Shown: one piece after another, positions 1-10,308 of the stretch
How positions within the stretch are numbered: the first letter of the stretch is position 1
Layout: every line of letters starts with the position of its first letter
Assembly (NCBI RefSeq): GCF_963921235.1
Contig: NC_086097.1
Coordinates: forward strand, 102,860,001-102,924,000
Reading direction: 5' to 3'
From: Mobula hypostoma
Taxonomy: Eukaryota
Length of the DNA stretch: 64,000 nucleotides
The notes under the pieces: model-generated
The model's database searches: none
What the model saw: only the letters and a program-made list of their open reading frames with translations
What the model was told of the DNA's origin: nothing
Translations under genes and position numbers: made by a program

Positions 1-312
1 GAAGAAAATATTAGCTCAGAGAGAGTGGAACTTCATATTTCCTCCTCCACAGACTCAGAGGCCAGGTAAGGCCTCTGTTTATCACCTCACCAGAAAGAAG
101 CATTTGTTACGGCATACACTCTCAGTGTGCCCTTGGTTCATCAGCTCAGGGTTTTGGACTCAATTCCATCAATGGGCTTTTTCCCACAGCCTTCTGACTG
201 AGAAGCTGGAGTCCTCAAAAAAAAAATGGTTTTAAGTTTGCAGCTTGGTGCAGCCGGCATCGATACAAAGGGAGGGAAGGGAGTTACTGCACACTCTGCT
301 GCGATGGTTTAC

Positions 313-559
313 CTCAAAGAGCCAGATGAACAGCATGGAGAGCCCGATAGACTGCGTAATTGGGGTGTAATGATCCAGTAGTGCTTGTCGACAGCCTATC
401 ATCCACTGGTTCATCTCTGCAGTCAGGTAGTCGTAGTTGTAGTGGGCTGAGTTGTTGGTGAGTTGAAATTGGATACAAGGACGGGGCGAGTTGAGGTTGC
501 AGCAGCTGAAGGGAATGCCATCCAACAAATACTTCCCATCCACGTTACTCCTCAAACGG
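313..559 (-). CDS. prph2l: Peripherin-2-like (RDS2 / photoreceptor outer segment membrane glycoprotein 2), second coding exon
   Basis: Translation (D)[43 protein letters not shown]...IWLFE matches the peripherin EC2 loop. Acceptor ttctcccactgtag ends at 560 and donor GTAAAC starts at 312. The exon is 247 nt, like PRPH2 exon 2. The third exon is outside the window. Confidence 0.93.
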
Positions 560-1216
560 CTACAGTGGGAGAACAGCTCACATGTGAACATAATACAACA
601 CCGATTTAACTTCAATTAACCCAAAAAATAAGTCAATGAACTCTCAGAGACAACCCATTCAGCCAGCTAACCAGACAAGCTCTTTGAAAGAGTTATTCCA
701 TTAGTCCCATTCCTTTCTCCTTCCTCGTGGCTGGAAATACTTTTTGTATATCTAATATGCTTTTGAAAGGCAAGAACCAATCTGCCTCCACAGCTCTATG
801 GCTCTTGTAACATTTTTCCAAATTGCCATTTTTATTTCTCATGTGTGTCTTCTGTCAATGGTGACATCCGCATCCTCGGGGCACAGACTAACACGTTTCT
901 AAATCTTTTGATTGACAACCGTTAGGATTAACAATGAGATTACTGATCAGACCGAAATCTGAAGCCAATTGGTAGTGATATTATTCCCATTTACCATTTT
1001 CTGTCCTTTTGATTATGTCTTGCTACTTGACTTGCAGATGATTCCATTAAATTACATTGTAATTAGCAGCTGAAGAACCCAATGCATTTATGGTTAATCT
1101 TTTCATACTTTCAGGACACTGCCTCTATCCCACAGACCCACAGAGCAAGAAGTGCCAGAGACTCTCTGCTTCCTCCAGAACTCCCTGTAGCTTTACTCCA
1201 CTTAAATTTTAGATAC

Positions 1217-1354
1217 CATGGCATTGTAGCGGTTAGAGCAATGCTATTACCGGTCACGGCGTTAGGATTAGGATTAGTCAGGGCTTGCGGGGCGGAGTGG
1301 GTCGAAGGGCTGGAACAGCCTACTCAGCGCTGTATCGCTAAATAAACAAACAAA
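1217..1354 (+). mobile_element. Internally deleted tRNA-derived SINE (HE1/V-SINE-like head, CR1-like tail)
   Basis: Head gtagcggttagagcaatgctattac; tail gggtcgaagggc...gctgtatcgctaaataaacaaacaaa. Confidence 0.55.
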
Positions 1355-2089
1355 TGTGCCAAGAGAACCAACTCCTAGAACGTGTAATAGTGCAAGTTAG
1401 ACTCCCGAACATGTCGAGTTACGATGGGCACACAGTCACTCTTGTCCGGGCATTAATCAAGTGCTGCCAATTCTATTTGGCTCCCACCCCCACCCCCACC
1501 CCCGACCCCCAACGTTGAGCTGTTTATCAAAGTGCTGCTTTTTACAGGAAAAATATAAATATATTACCGTAAGTATGGTATGAATGATTTGATATTTTTG
1601 CTTTCAGAATATAGCTTAATGGGGATTGCACATTTTCAGTAATAACAATGGTTCATAATTAGTGAATATTTCACACTCCCAGTTTATCCCACCTTTGAAG
1701 ATTCATCTGGACCAGATCAAGGATCTCGACCCTAAATATTCACTGTCCACTCCCCTCCATAGATGCTGCCTGACCACTGAGTTCCTTCAGTGCTTTGTGT
1801 GATATTGATAGAAGCAGTTTATGAGACACTCCTTTGATAATGAACAGTAAGTTTAACAAAAATGAATTATTCTGATTTCTGCACAGTTTTAGAATTTCAT
1901 CATATTTTTAAGCTATATTGCATTTCTTGATGACTGATCAGCTGTGTTTCTGAGAGATATGGTGCAGCATACAGAGGACAGGAACTTAACACCAATCCTT
2001 ATAACTCGACCTTATTTACACATTGGTTTTATTCACATTCATTTTAATACAGTATATTACGCAGATGCCCAACCCCCACAGACATCTCC

Positions 2090-2390
2090 ACTTCCCACAC
2101 GCACAGACGCCCCAACTCGCCCATGCACCGACACCCCCACTGCCCCCGCGCACCGACACCCCCACTCCTCCCCGCGCACCGACGCCCCCACTCCACCCAC
2201 GCACCGACCCCCCCACTCCCCCCACCACCAACACCCCCACTCTCCAGCGCGCACCGACGCCCCAACTCCCCCCACGCACCGACACCCCCACTCCCCAGCG
2301 CGCACCGATGCCCCCACTCCCCCGCACACTGACACCCCACACCCTCCCACGCACTGACGCTTCCCCTCCCCCCACGCACTGACGCCGACT
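2090..2390. repeat. ~25-bp C-rich minisatellite (GCACCGACRCCCCCACTCCCCCCRC), about 12 copies, in the intron between the two coding exons
   Basis: Direct tandem periodicity; it explains the Pro/Thr- and Gly-rich ORFs at 1944-2454. Confidence 0.9.
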
Positions 2391-3597
2391 GCACAATGAC
2401 ACCCTGTACTCTAACCACACACACACATTGATCCCACTTTCTCCCATACCACATTCCTCAGATCCCCACCCTCGTCCTCTCCTTCTTTCAGCTTCTCATC
2501 CCCCCTCCCCCCCATCCTCCTTCATTAATCCCTTCCTTCTCCCAGCTTCTCCACCTTGTATCAGGAATCTCTTCGAGTAATGCGAATGATGTTGCTGGAG
2601 TTCAGACATGTGAAGAGTGGATGTTTAGCTCTTCACCCAACGTGCCAAAGGTGGGCATTTACTCTGATTCACTAGTTGTGTTTTGCTTTTGTTCAAACAC
2701 CACTTTCACTCCGTCCTTGCTCACACTTCCTCAAACCCTTCATGTGTATTCCCTCCACCTTCATGTGTATTCCCCCCACCCTTCTCGCCGCCAGTGCAAT
2801 TAATTCAAGTATCCAGCCGTTGCTCCACTCATCATAGCTTTATTGCTCCTGTTAACCTGCCCCCACTGCATCCATATTTCAATGTTCAGTACATGACAGG
2901 CAGACTGAGACAGGGTTAACCTTTCAAATTGAAGACTCATTGTCTAAATGAACTTCTCTCTCTGAAGATACGGCCTAACCTGCTGAGCACCTCCAGTATT
3001 TCCTCTTTTTATTCAAGATTTTCAGCATCGGTTCTTTAAAAATTTTGATTTACCAATAGTAGCCTAATCTATTGCAGATTTTGCAACTGTACCGCCCTCC
3101 GCCCTAGACCATTTGTACAGCTATCTTTTGCCACTTCCTTCTCAGCATGGTGTCCTGGGAAAGCCTCCGGGTCTGAAGAATTCAAACCCACGGTGGCCAG
3201 AACCACTTACAACAGATGTTGTGTTGAGAGGGCAGCCGGTGAGAACGGTGCCCTGAGCTTTGAGAGTTTGGGCCCAAGTTCTGTAACCCTGTCCCGTGAG
3301 GCAAGGTGCATTCATGGTTTGGGAATGAGGGATTTGGGACTCTTGAATTAAATTGAAGATAACCCGTACTGAAGATGGAGCAGAGGAGGAAGACGGGTAT
3401 TTGCCGGTTGGTCAAATACTAGGATTGGGGAGGGGCGGGGTGGGGTGGGGGGAGAGGAAATGGAAATGTCTCGATTTATCGGTATCAATTGAATCTCCAA
3501 GCAGCCACATTCAATACATATATTGAAGATGAGGGGAATGGCAAGGGGAATCACAGGTCCTGTCCCACCCCTCACCCCACCCCTCCCTTCCACTTAC

Positions 3598-4175
3598 TCT
3601 TGGACCTCTTTGGAGTTCATGTCCAGATAGCGAGAGCTGATCCACTGGATCTCAAACCAGTCCCTGAAGCCGTTGTTGCCGCAGCAACGGAACTCCATGT
3701 GCAACTCATCCATGGTCTTCTTGAGGAAGCAGCGGCCCGGGGTGTCAGTGTCCTTGTAGAACCTCATGGCACGCTGGAGGCCCAGGTCGAGGGATTCCTC
3801 CAGTGTGCTCCTCATGCTGTAGCACATCAAGGCCCCCACCAGGATGAAGATGGATAAGAAGGTGGTGCAGGTGATGTAGGGAACCATGAGCAGCCTCCAG
3901 CGGGAGAATTTGTTGTCCCAGCAGTCATGGCAGATCTTGCTCCCCAGCAGGTTGATGCCACAGGCGATGGCTCCCACCACCACCAGCATTTTGGGGAGAG
4001 AGGTTCCCCCACTGATCACCATTACCTCACTGCGTTTCCTCACCTCCAGGGTCAGGTAGATCCCTAGGCTGATCAAAACCATCCCCGTCAGCACCAACAC
4101 CCAGTTCAGCATCCGCAGCGCCTGGGCCAGTCTGTCTCTCCGTCTCCTGGTGAACCGCACGCCCAGAACAGCCAT
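3598..4175 (-). CDS. prph2l: Peripherin-2-like (RDS2 type), first coding exon
   Basis: MAVLGVRFTRRRRDRLAQAL...KFSRWRLLMVPY...DTDTPGRCFLKKT...CCGNNGFRDWFEIQW...SKEVQ, with three TM segments and the CCG motif. Donor GTAAGT at 3597, phase 2, joins exon 2 in frame (GA+C=Asp). The KFSRW.L.M.PY and LEESL.LGL segments fit the RDS2 paralog better than PRPH2 or ROM1. Confidence 0.92.
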
Positions 4176-4679
4176 GGACGAGACCACATGAAGACTTGGC
4201 CCGAGTGTAGATCACGGGAAAACCTTCCTGCAAAAAGCACATTCGTCACCAACACACCCCAAGAAGCGTCTCAAGTGCTTAAACTTTAGCAGAACGTCCA
4301 CAATAGGTAGGGTGGCCACTGTGGAGGGGATGTGGGTAGTTCCTTTCCAGGCCCATGAAAGGGTTAACAGCCAAAGGGTGAATGGGAGGCAGAAGTGGTT
4401 CAGTGGCCAAGGTTAGTGGAGCAAAGGATGGTGGTGGTTAGGGACAGTGGGTGCAGAGAGTGTGGGATGGGCAAGGGTGTGGATACAGGCAAAGGATGCC
4501 CAACCCAACCCAACCCCACCCACAGATGTTGGCAGCCCACTGGCAGCTCGACGCCTCCACCCAGATCTACAGATAGGATGTGGTTTGTTTCTCCCTCCCC
4601 CCCCCACCCCAGACACTGCTGTGTTTCCCCCATTTTTGTCAGCTGTTTGCACTGCGTCTGACCAAACTCTGTTCTACCT

Positions 4680-5110
4680 CGGAGTAATACACCAGGGAAT
4701 TAAACCCTTCAGATCAGTCCTTACCGACCCGGCACACCATAAACCTCTCCTATCCACGTCCCTGTCCTATCCGTCTACCCTGCCTCAACCACTTCCTCCG
4801 GCAGCTTGTTCCAGCCTCTGCACTAACAACTTGCCATTCATCTTTCCAGTAAATCTCATCTTCAAACTATGTCCTCTCGTTTTTTGGTTCTCCAAATCCC
4901 GAAGGGAAAACTGTGTGTATTAACTCTATTTATGCCCCTCCCGTGATCTCATACATCTCTAAGATCGCCTATAGGATTCTTCTGCTCCAAGGAATAAAGT
5001 CCTAGCGTGCCCCAACCCCTCGAATCCTGGCAACATTCTTGCACGTCTTATCAGCTTAATGATCTTTCCTATAACAGGCTGGCCAAAACGTAACAGCAGC
5101 TCACGACAAA
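4680..5110 (-). mobile_element. Old CR1 LINE 3' fragment
   Basis: Degenerate match to the CR1 3' ends elsewhere in the window (e.g. 56890-57345, ccaaggaataaag..c). Confidence 0.55.
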
Positions 5111-5129
5111 GAATAAACCTGCCACAAGC

Positions 5130-6200
5130 ACGTATCTGGGACGTCCGGCGTGGGCTGGAATCACAACATATCATCATCTAACCTCCCGGCTTCTTTCTCG
5201 CTAACTCTTTCTTCCCAACAGTACGCTTGAATGTCCTTTCCAATGCGTGGCGCCCCCACATTCCAGGTCGCGAATGATGAGGGGAAAACTGTACTGTACT
5301 TTGGTCAAATATTCTCCGGTTTTGGACCGACCGACCGGCCCAGCCGTCCGCCCACCAGAGAGCGTCGCTCGAGGAGCCATTCCAATCCTTTAAAGCACAA
5401 ACCTTCGAGAGGGAGCGGGGCTTCCGCAGCTGCGGGGCTGCTCTGGGGCGGCTGCGGATGAAGCCGTTGGCAGTGGCATTGGTGAAGCGGACGGAGCTGG
5501 TCTCCCGGCCGGCCCTGGGGTTAATGGATTAAAATGGAACGCCTTCTGCCACCGCCGTAATCCTCCAGAAATAAACACGGGACCAAATGTGATTCAGAAG
5601 ATTCCTGACTTCCTTTAAAACTTACTGTAACCGCGCTGAATAGAAGAGGTGACTCTAACATTATTGTATTTAAGGTGATATATTCGTTCACTAGGTATAC
5701 AAAATCAAAAGCGTTAAACTAATCTTTCTAATATTAATTTGGACCGAATCCGTATGAACCTCTTCATTGGCACCCAAAGGCTTCAAATCCCTGGGTTTTA
5801 AAGAGCGAGGCAGGCAGCGTCCCGTCTCCACACCGAGAGGCGAGCAACGGGGACAGGAAATCTCTCGCTGACATACACACCGTATTTCTGGCGGCACTGG
5901 GTGAACACGTTCAAGTTCTAAATTCAATTGTCATGCAGGTGCATCCAGCCGGAAATGAACAGAAAATGTTGGCAGTAATATAGTCAGGTCAGGGCTCGTA
6001 AACTGCATCAACGCTGCCTGTCGGGGACATTTTCCGGTTTTGACCAATGCAAACTTGCTGGAGGAACTCAGCAAGTCAGACGGTATCGACGGAAACAAAC
6101 GTCTCACGCGGAGAACTTTCATCGGGACTTCTCCGTTTTTGTTTCGGATTTTCAGCATCTGCTGTTTTTATTTTTCACTTCGTGGGACCCTGGGGTCCAT
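5130..6200 (-). promoter_or_regulatory. CpG-rich putative promoter region of the prph2l gene with CRX/OTX-type motifs
   Basis: High CpG density relative to the rest of the window. GGATTA 5526-5531, TAATCC 5558-5563, CTAATCT 5719-5725; minus-strand TTAAATA 5667-5673 and donor GTAAGT 5625-5620. Confidence 0.5.
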
Positions 6201-6204
6201 TCCG

Positions 6205-7195
6205 CTATCCCGCCCCTCCCCATCGCAGCTCCCCCGCATCCCGCCCTTCCATAACCGCAGTTCCCCCGCGTCCCGCCCCTCCCCAACCGCAGTTCCCCCG
6301 CGTCCCGCCCCTCCCCAACCGCGGCTCCCCCGCATCCCGCCCCTCCCCTACCGCAGCTCCCCCGCATCCCGCCCCTCCCCAACCGCAGCTCCCCCGCATC
6401 CCGCCCCTCCCCTACCGCAGCTCCCCCACATCCCGCCCCTCCCCTACCGCGGCTCCCCCGCATCCCGCCCCTCCCCTACCGCGGCTCCCCCGCATCCCGC
6501 CCCTCCCCTACCGCGGCTCCCCCGCATCCCGCCCCTCCCCAACCGCGGCTCCCCCGCATCCCGCCCCTCCCCTACCGCGGCTCCACCGCATCCCGCCCCT
6601 CCCCAACCGCGGCTCCCCCGCATCCCGCCCCTCCCCTACCGCGGCTCCCCCGCATCCCGCCCCTCCCCTACCGCGGCTCCCCCGCATCCCGCCCCTCCCC
6701 TACCGCGGCTCCCCCGCATCCCGCCCCTCCCCTACCGCGGCTCCCCCGCATCCCGCCCCTCCCCTCCCGCGGCTCCCCCGCATCCCGCCCCTCCCCAACC
6801 GCAGCTCCCCCGCATCCCGCCCCTCCCCAGCCCCTCCACAACCGCAGCTCCCCCGCATCCCGCCCCTCCCCAACCGTAGTTCCCCCGCATCCCGTCCCTC
6901 CCCAACCGCAGTTCCCCCGCATCCCGCCCCTCCCCAACCGCAGCTCCCCTGCATCCCGCCCCTCCTCTACCGCAGCTCCCTGCATCCCGCCCCTCCATAA
7001 CCGCAGCTTCCCCACATCCCGCCACTCCCCAACCGCAACTCGCCCCTCCCCTACCGCAGCTCCCTTGCATTCCACACCTCCCCTACCGCAGCTCCCCCGC
7101 ATCCCGCCCCTCCCTGACTGCAGCTCCCCCGCATCCCGCACATCCCCTACCGCAGCTCCCCCACAGCCCGCCCCTCCACATCCCGCACCTCTCCT
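6205..7195. repeat. 32-bp GC-rich minisatellite (GCGGCTCCCCCGCATCCCGCCCCTCCCCTACC), about 30 copies
   Basis: Clear 32-nt period, homogeneous in the centre and degenerate at the edges; it explains the ORFs at 6040-7346. Confidence 0.95.
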
Positions 7196-7423
7196 ACCAG
7201 TCTCCGCATATTCTCGTTCCCCTTCCCTACTGAAATTCCTCCTCACTCCTATCCATTCCCACTCACAATTCTCCCGTCCTTTCCTCTCACATTTACCTGC
7301 CCTTCCCTCCTTTCTCGTAATGCCACACCACCCCCCTCCCCCGTGATTTTCTTAAGTGACGGACTGCGGAATTTCAGGAGAAGCTTTGGCTGGTAAATGC
7401 GAGTTTCATTTGCGATGATGATA

Positions 7424-8331
7424 CTGCTGCTGCTTCTTCTTCCTGTGTTGTTTTATGGCGGTTGGTGCATTACCGCCACCTGCGAGACTGGAGTGTGAAT
7501 CGTTGGATAAACAGGAGAAGGGAAAAGAATTGCATTCCCTCATCTGAATCTTTCAGATACTTCATGATATAGGTCTGTATTTCTCTTGAATTCCCACTTA
7601 AAATGTCTTCTATACCCACATCAATTTTTTTGTTTATCTTAAACGCTCCTATCATCTTCACTCTTTTTGATACTTCTTACATTTTATCAATACATGTTCA
7701 ACTGTTTCTGGTTGATTACAGTATTCACACAACCCAGTTGGATGTTTCCCTATTTTGTGTAATGTGTAATTACGACTAGTGTGTCCAACTCTCAGATGAT
7801 TGATGATCACTTCTGCTTTTCTATATCCACTTGACAATCTTTTGTATCTGACTTGCCTCTGTATTTTGTACAGTTGTCTCCCTGTTTCACTCTCATCCCA
7901 ATGCTTCTGCCGTGTCTCCTCAATACGTATTTTAATAATGCTCTTGCCTTCCTCTTTCCTAAGAGGGATCTGGACCTCCATTATAGATGATTTGAGCGAC
8001 TGTTTAGCTATACTATCCACCTTTTCATTACCCTCCACTCCACAATGAGCAGGAACCCAAAGAAAGCTTACTTCTACCCCATTTTTGGTCAGTGTATATA
8101 ACTTGCACAAAATCTCCAATAAAATATCCTGTCTACTCTCTGATTTTCTTGATTTGATCGAGGTTAATGCAGATAAACTGTCTAGACAGATTACAGCCTT
8201 TTTGATATTATTTTCTTCTATCCAAGATAATGCACTCAATACTGCCATTAATTCTGTTGTATACACTGATGAATGGTTTGGTGTTCTTTTCCTGATACTA
8301 GTTTTGCACTGAGGAATATACAGCCGCTTCA
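7424..8331 (-). mobile_element. 5'-truncated I-group (Nimb-like) LINE with RNase H and C-terminal CCHC
   Basis: ORF 7658-8332 has RNase H motifs (ELMAV, ICLDSLSAL, FLWVPAHCGVEGNEKVD) and CEYC...ETVEHVLIKC. The 3' UTR has CTCCAG...GGTGGCGGTAATGCACC and a (GAA/GCA)n tail. Confidence 0.8.
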
Positions 8332-8389
8332 CTGCAAGGTGCCTTTAATGTTTTACCCATTCAGGTGCCACGCCCCGGCGATGTGCACA

Positions 8390-8577
8390 ATATCACACTA
8401 ATTGGAAGAAAAACACGGGAGAAGTGGGAACTTGTCAGCTTCCTTTACATGTTAAGTGAGATGTGCACATATGATAGTATTACATAGAACCCACAATGAA
8501 TTATTTAAACAAAGGATGTTTAATCAAACATATTTACAAGATTACTCAAATATTACTGAAATGTTAAATACACAACA
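8390..8577 (-). mobile_element. Partial LTR related to the Gypsy LTR at 16488-16725
   Basis: Shares ttaatcaaaca...attactcaaatattactgaaa...cacaaca with 16660-16725. Confidence 0.6.
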
Positions 8578-8619
8578 CACTGTGCTTAGCTATAAACTCC
8601 AACTCAACATAGGATGCAG

Positions 8620-10075
8620 AAAATCGAGAAAATCTGCAGATAATATTTTGCTGGAGGAACTCAGCAGGCCAGGCAGCATCTATGGAAAAAAAGTACAGTC
8701 CGTGCTTGGGGCCGAGACCCTTTGGCAGGACTGGAGAAAAAAAGCTGAGGAGTAGATTTAAAAGGTAGTGGGGAGGGGAGAGAGAAACACAAGGTGATGG
8801 GTGAAACCGGGAGGGGGAGGGGTGAAGTAAAGAGCTGGTAGGTTGATCGGTGAGAGAGATACAGGGCTGGAGAAGGGGGAATCTGATATGCATAGAAGGC
8901 CATGGAAGAAAAAAAGAGAAGTACCAGAGGGAGGGAATGGGCAGGCAAAGAGATAAGGTGAGAAAAACAAAAGGGATGTGTCATACGGAGGTGGCTAGGA
9001 ATGGACCCAAGTGCAAGACACAGACACTGAAGTACTAGGGACAGGACTAGGATACAGGCTGAGGGCAAGGACATGGACAGGAAAACCAGGAACCTGGAAC
9101 AGGACTGGACAAGAGAGCTAGGAGCCTAGGCTTGGACTCCAAGCCAGAGACTGGACAAGGACCCAGTACCTGGGTCTTGCCTCTGGCTCAGACCCCAGAA
9201 CTAGGCAAGGACGAGGCTTGGCAGGCAGGCAGGACGAGGCTGGAGTCTTCAGGCTTGAGGCTTGGCGGGAGGCAGGAGGCTGGAGTCTTCAGGCTTGAGG
9301 ATAGAGGCGAGGCTTGGCAGGAGGCTAGAGTCTTCAGGCTTGAGGCTAGAGGTGAAGCTTGGCAGGAGGCTGGAGTCTTCAGGCTGGAGGCTAGAGACTT
9401 GAGGCGAGGCTTGGCAGGAGGCTGGAGTCTTCAGGAGGCTAGGCAGGCTCCTCCCGGGCAGGGCGCGGATCACCACCCGACGGAGGCATGGGACAGGAAG
9501 GGACAGAACCAACCGCAGGTAACGGCAAGACAGCTTGGCTTACCTGGGCGGAGGCAAGGGACGGGAAGGGAACTAGGTACAGGGTGGCTCCAGGATAAGA
9601 CTGCAGGCGAGATGAGTTGGGATTTACCAGCAAGACAAGGCAAGGCTTCAGGCAATGCAAGGCAAGACGAGAACTTCAGGCGAGGCGAGAGTTACCGGCA
9701 AAACAAGGCAGGGCTTCAGCCGAGGAAACAGAACGCAGAGGAAGGGATACAAGGAGTAAGGACAAGAACAATCCAGCAGCCATGCCCTGGTCTCTGAAGG
9801 TATTTATGCAGCCAGTCCCAACGAGCATCAGCTGCCTCAATTAATACTCAACAAGAACAGAAACAGGGTTGGCAGGGTAACCTGGAGCAAGGGTCAATGG
9901 ACTGGACCATGAACCGGAATATGGACTTCACGGACCGGACCATGACAGGATGAGGACTGGTGAAGTGGGAGGGGGCATTACCTGAAGTTTGCGAAATCGA
10001 TGTTCGTGCCATCAGGTTGGAGGCTACCCAGATGGAATAAAAGGTGGAGCTCCTCCAACCTGAGGGTGGCCTGAT
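8620..10075 (-). mobile_element. Penelope-like element 3' end/pLTR, interrupted by a solo LTR
   Basis: pLTR text gctggaggaactcagcaggccaggcagcatctatgg; resumes after 9952 with ccatcaggttggaggctaccc, as in the Penelope copies at 35900 and 38560. Confidence 0.8.
8979..9947 (-). mobile_element. Solo LTR (969 bp, Gypsy-type) with internal ~40-bp tandem repeats
   Basis: TGTCAT...ATGACA termini; 5-bp TSD GGATG (8974-8978, 9948-9952); minus-strand CATAAATA TATA-like box near 9800. Confidence 0.85.
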
Positions 10076-10127
10076 CAAAACAGTTGAGTTCCTCCAGCAT
10101 TTTGTGTACATTGCTTACTTTTTGTTT

Positions 10128-10260
10128 TTATAATCTGCAGATGCTGGAAATCTAAAGCAACATATACAAAAATTGCTGGAAGAACTCAGCAGGTCAGGCA
10201 GCATCTATGGAAATGAATAAACAATGGATGGTTTGGGCAAGGCCCTTTATCAGGACTGAA
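10128..10260 (-). mobile_element. Penelope pLTR fragment with decayed hammerhead motif
   Basis: atctgcagatgctggaaatc...gctggaagaactcagcagg...tttatcaggactg. Confidence 0.7.
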
Positions 10261-10308
10261 TGCTTGTCAACCCATGTACATACAGTATATATTCAGTAAT
10301 TATTCAGT

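Noticed and set aside
1944..2454. Overlapping Pro/Thr- and Gly-rich ORFs
   Set aside because: Translations of a 25-bp minisatellite.
2565..2650. Possible plus-strand exon (tatcag|GAATC...AAAG|gtgggc), and another acceptor near 1114
   Set aside because: No recognisable protein similarity and no coherent multi-exon model; compatible with chance.
4176..4187. N-terminal extension of the ORF call (start at 4187)
   Set aside because: That start is a GTG; homology to peripherins begins at the ATG at 4175.
6205..7195. CRISPR-like 32-bp periodicity
   Set aside because: Head-to-tail repeats without unique spacers, in vertebrate DNA with no cas genes.
6040..7346. Long Pro-rich ORFs (279 and 317 aa), extensin/formin-like
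   Set aside because: Artefact of a largely stop-free 32-bp tandem repeat that is open in most frames.
9132..9797. 221-aa ORF with repeated EAWQEAGVFRL
   Set aside because: Lies within the tandem repeats of a solo LTR.
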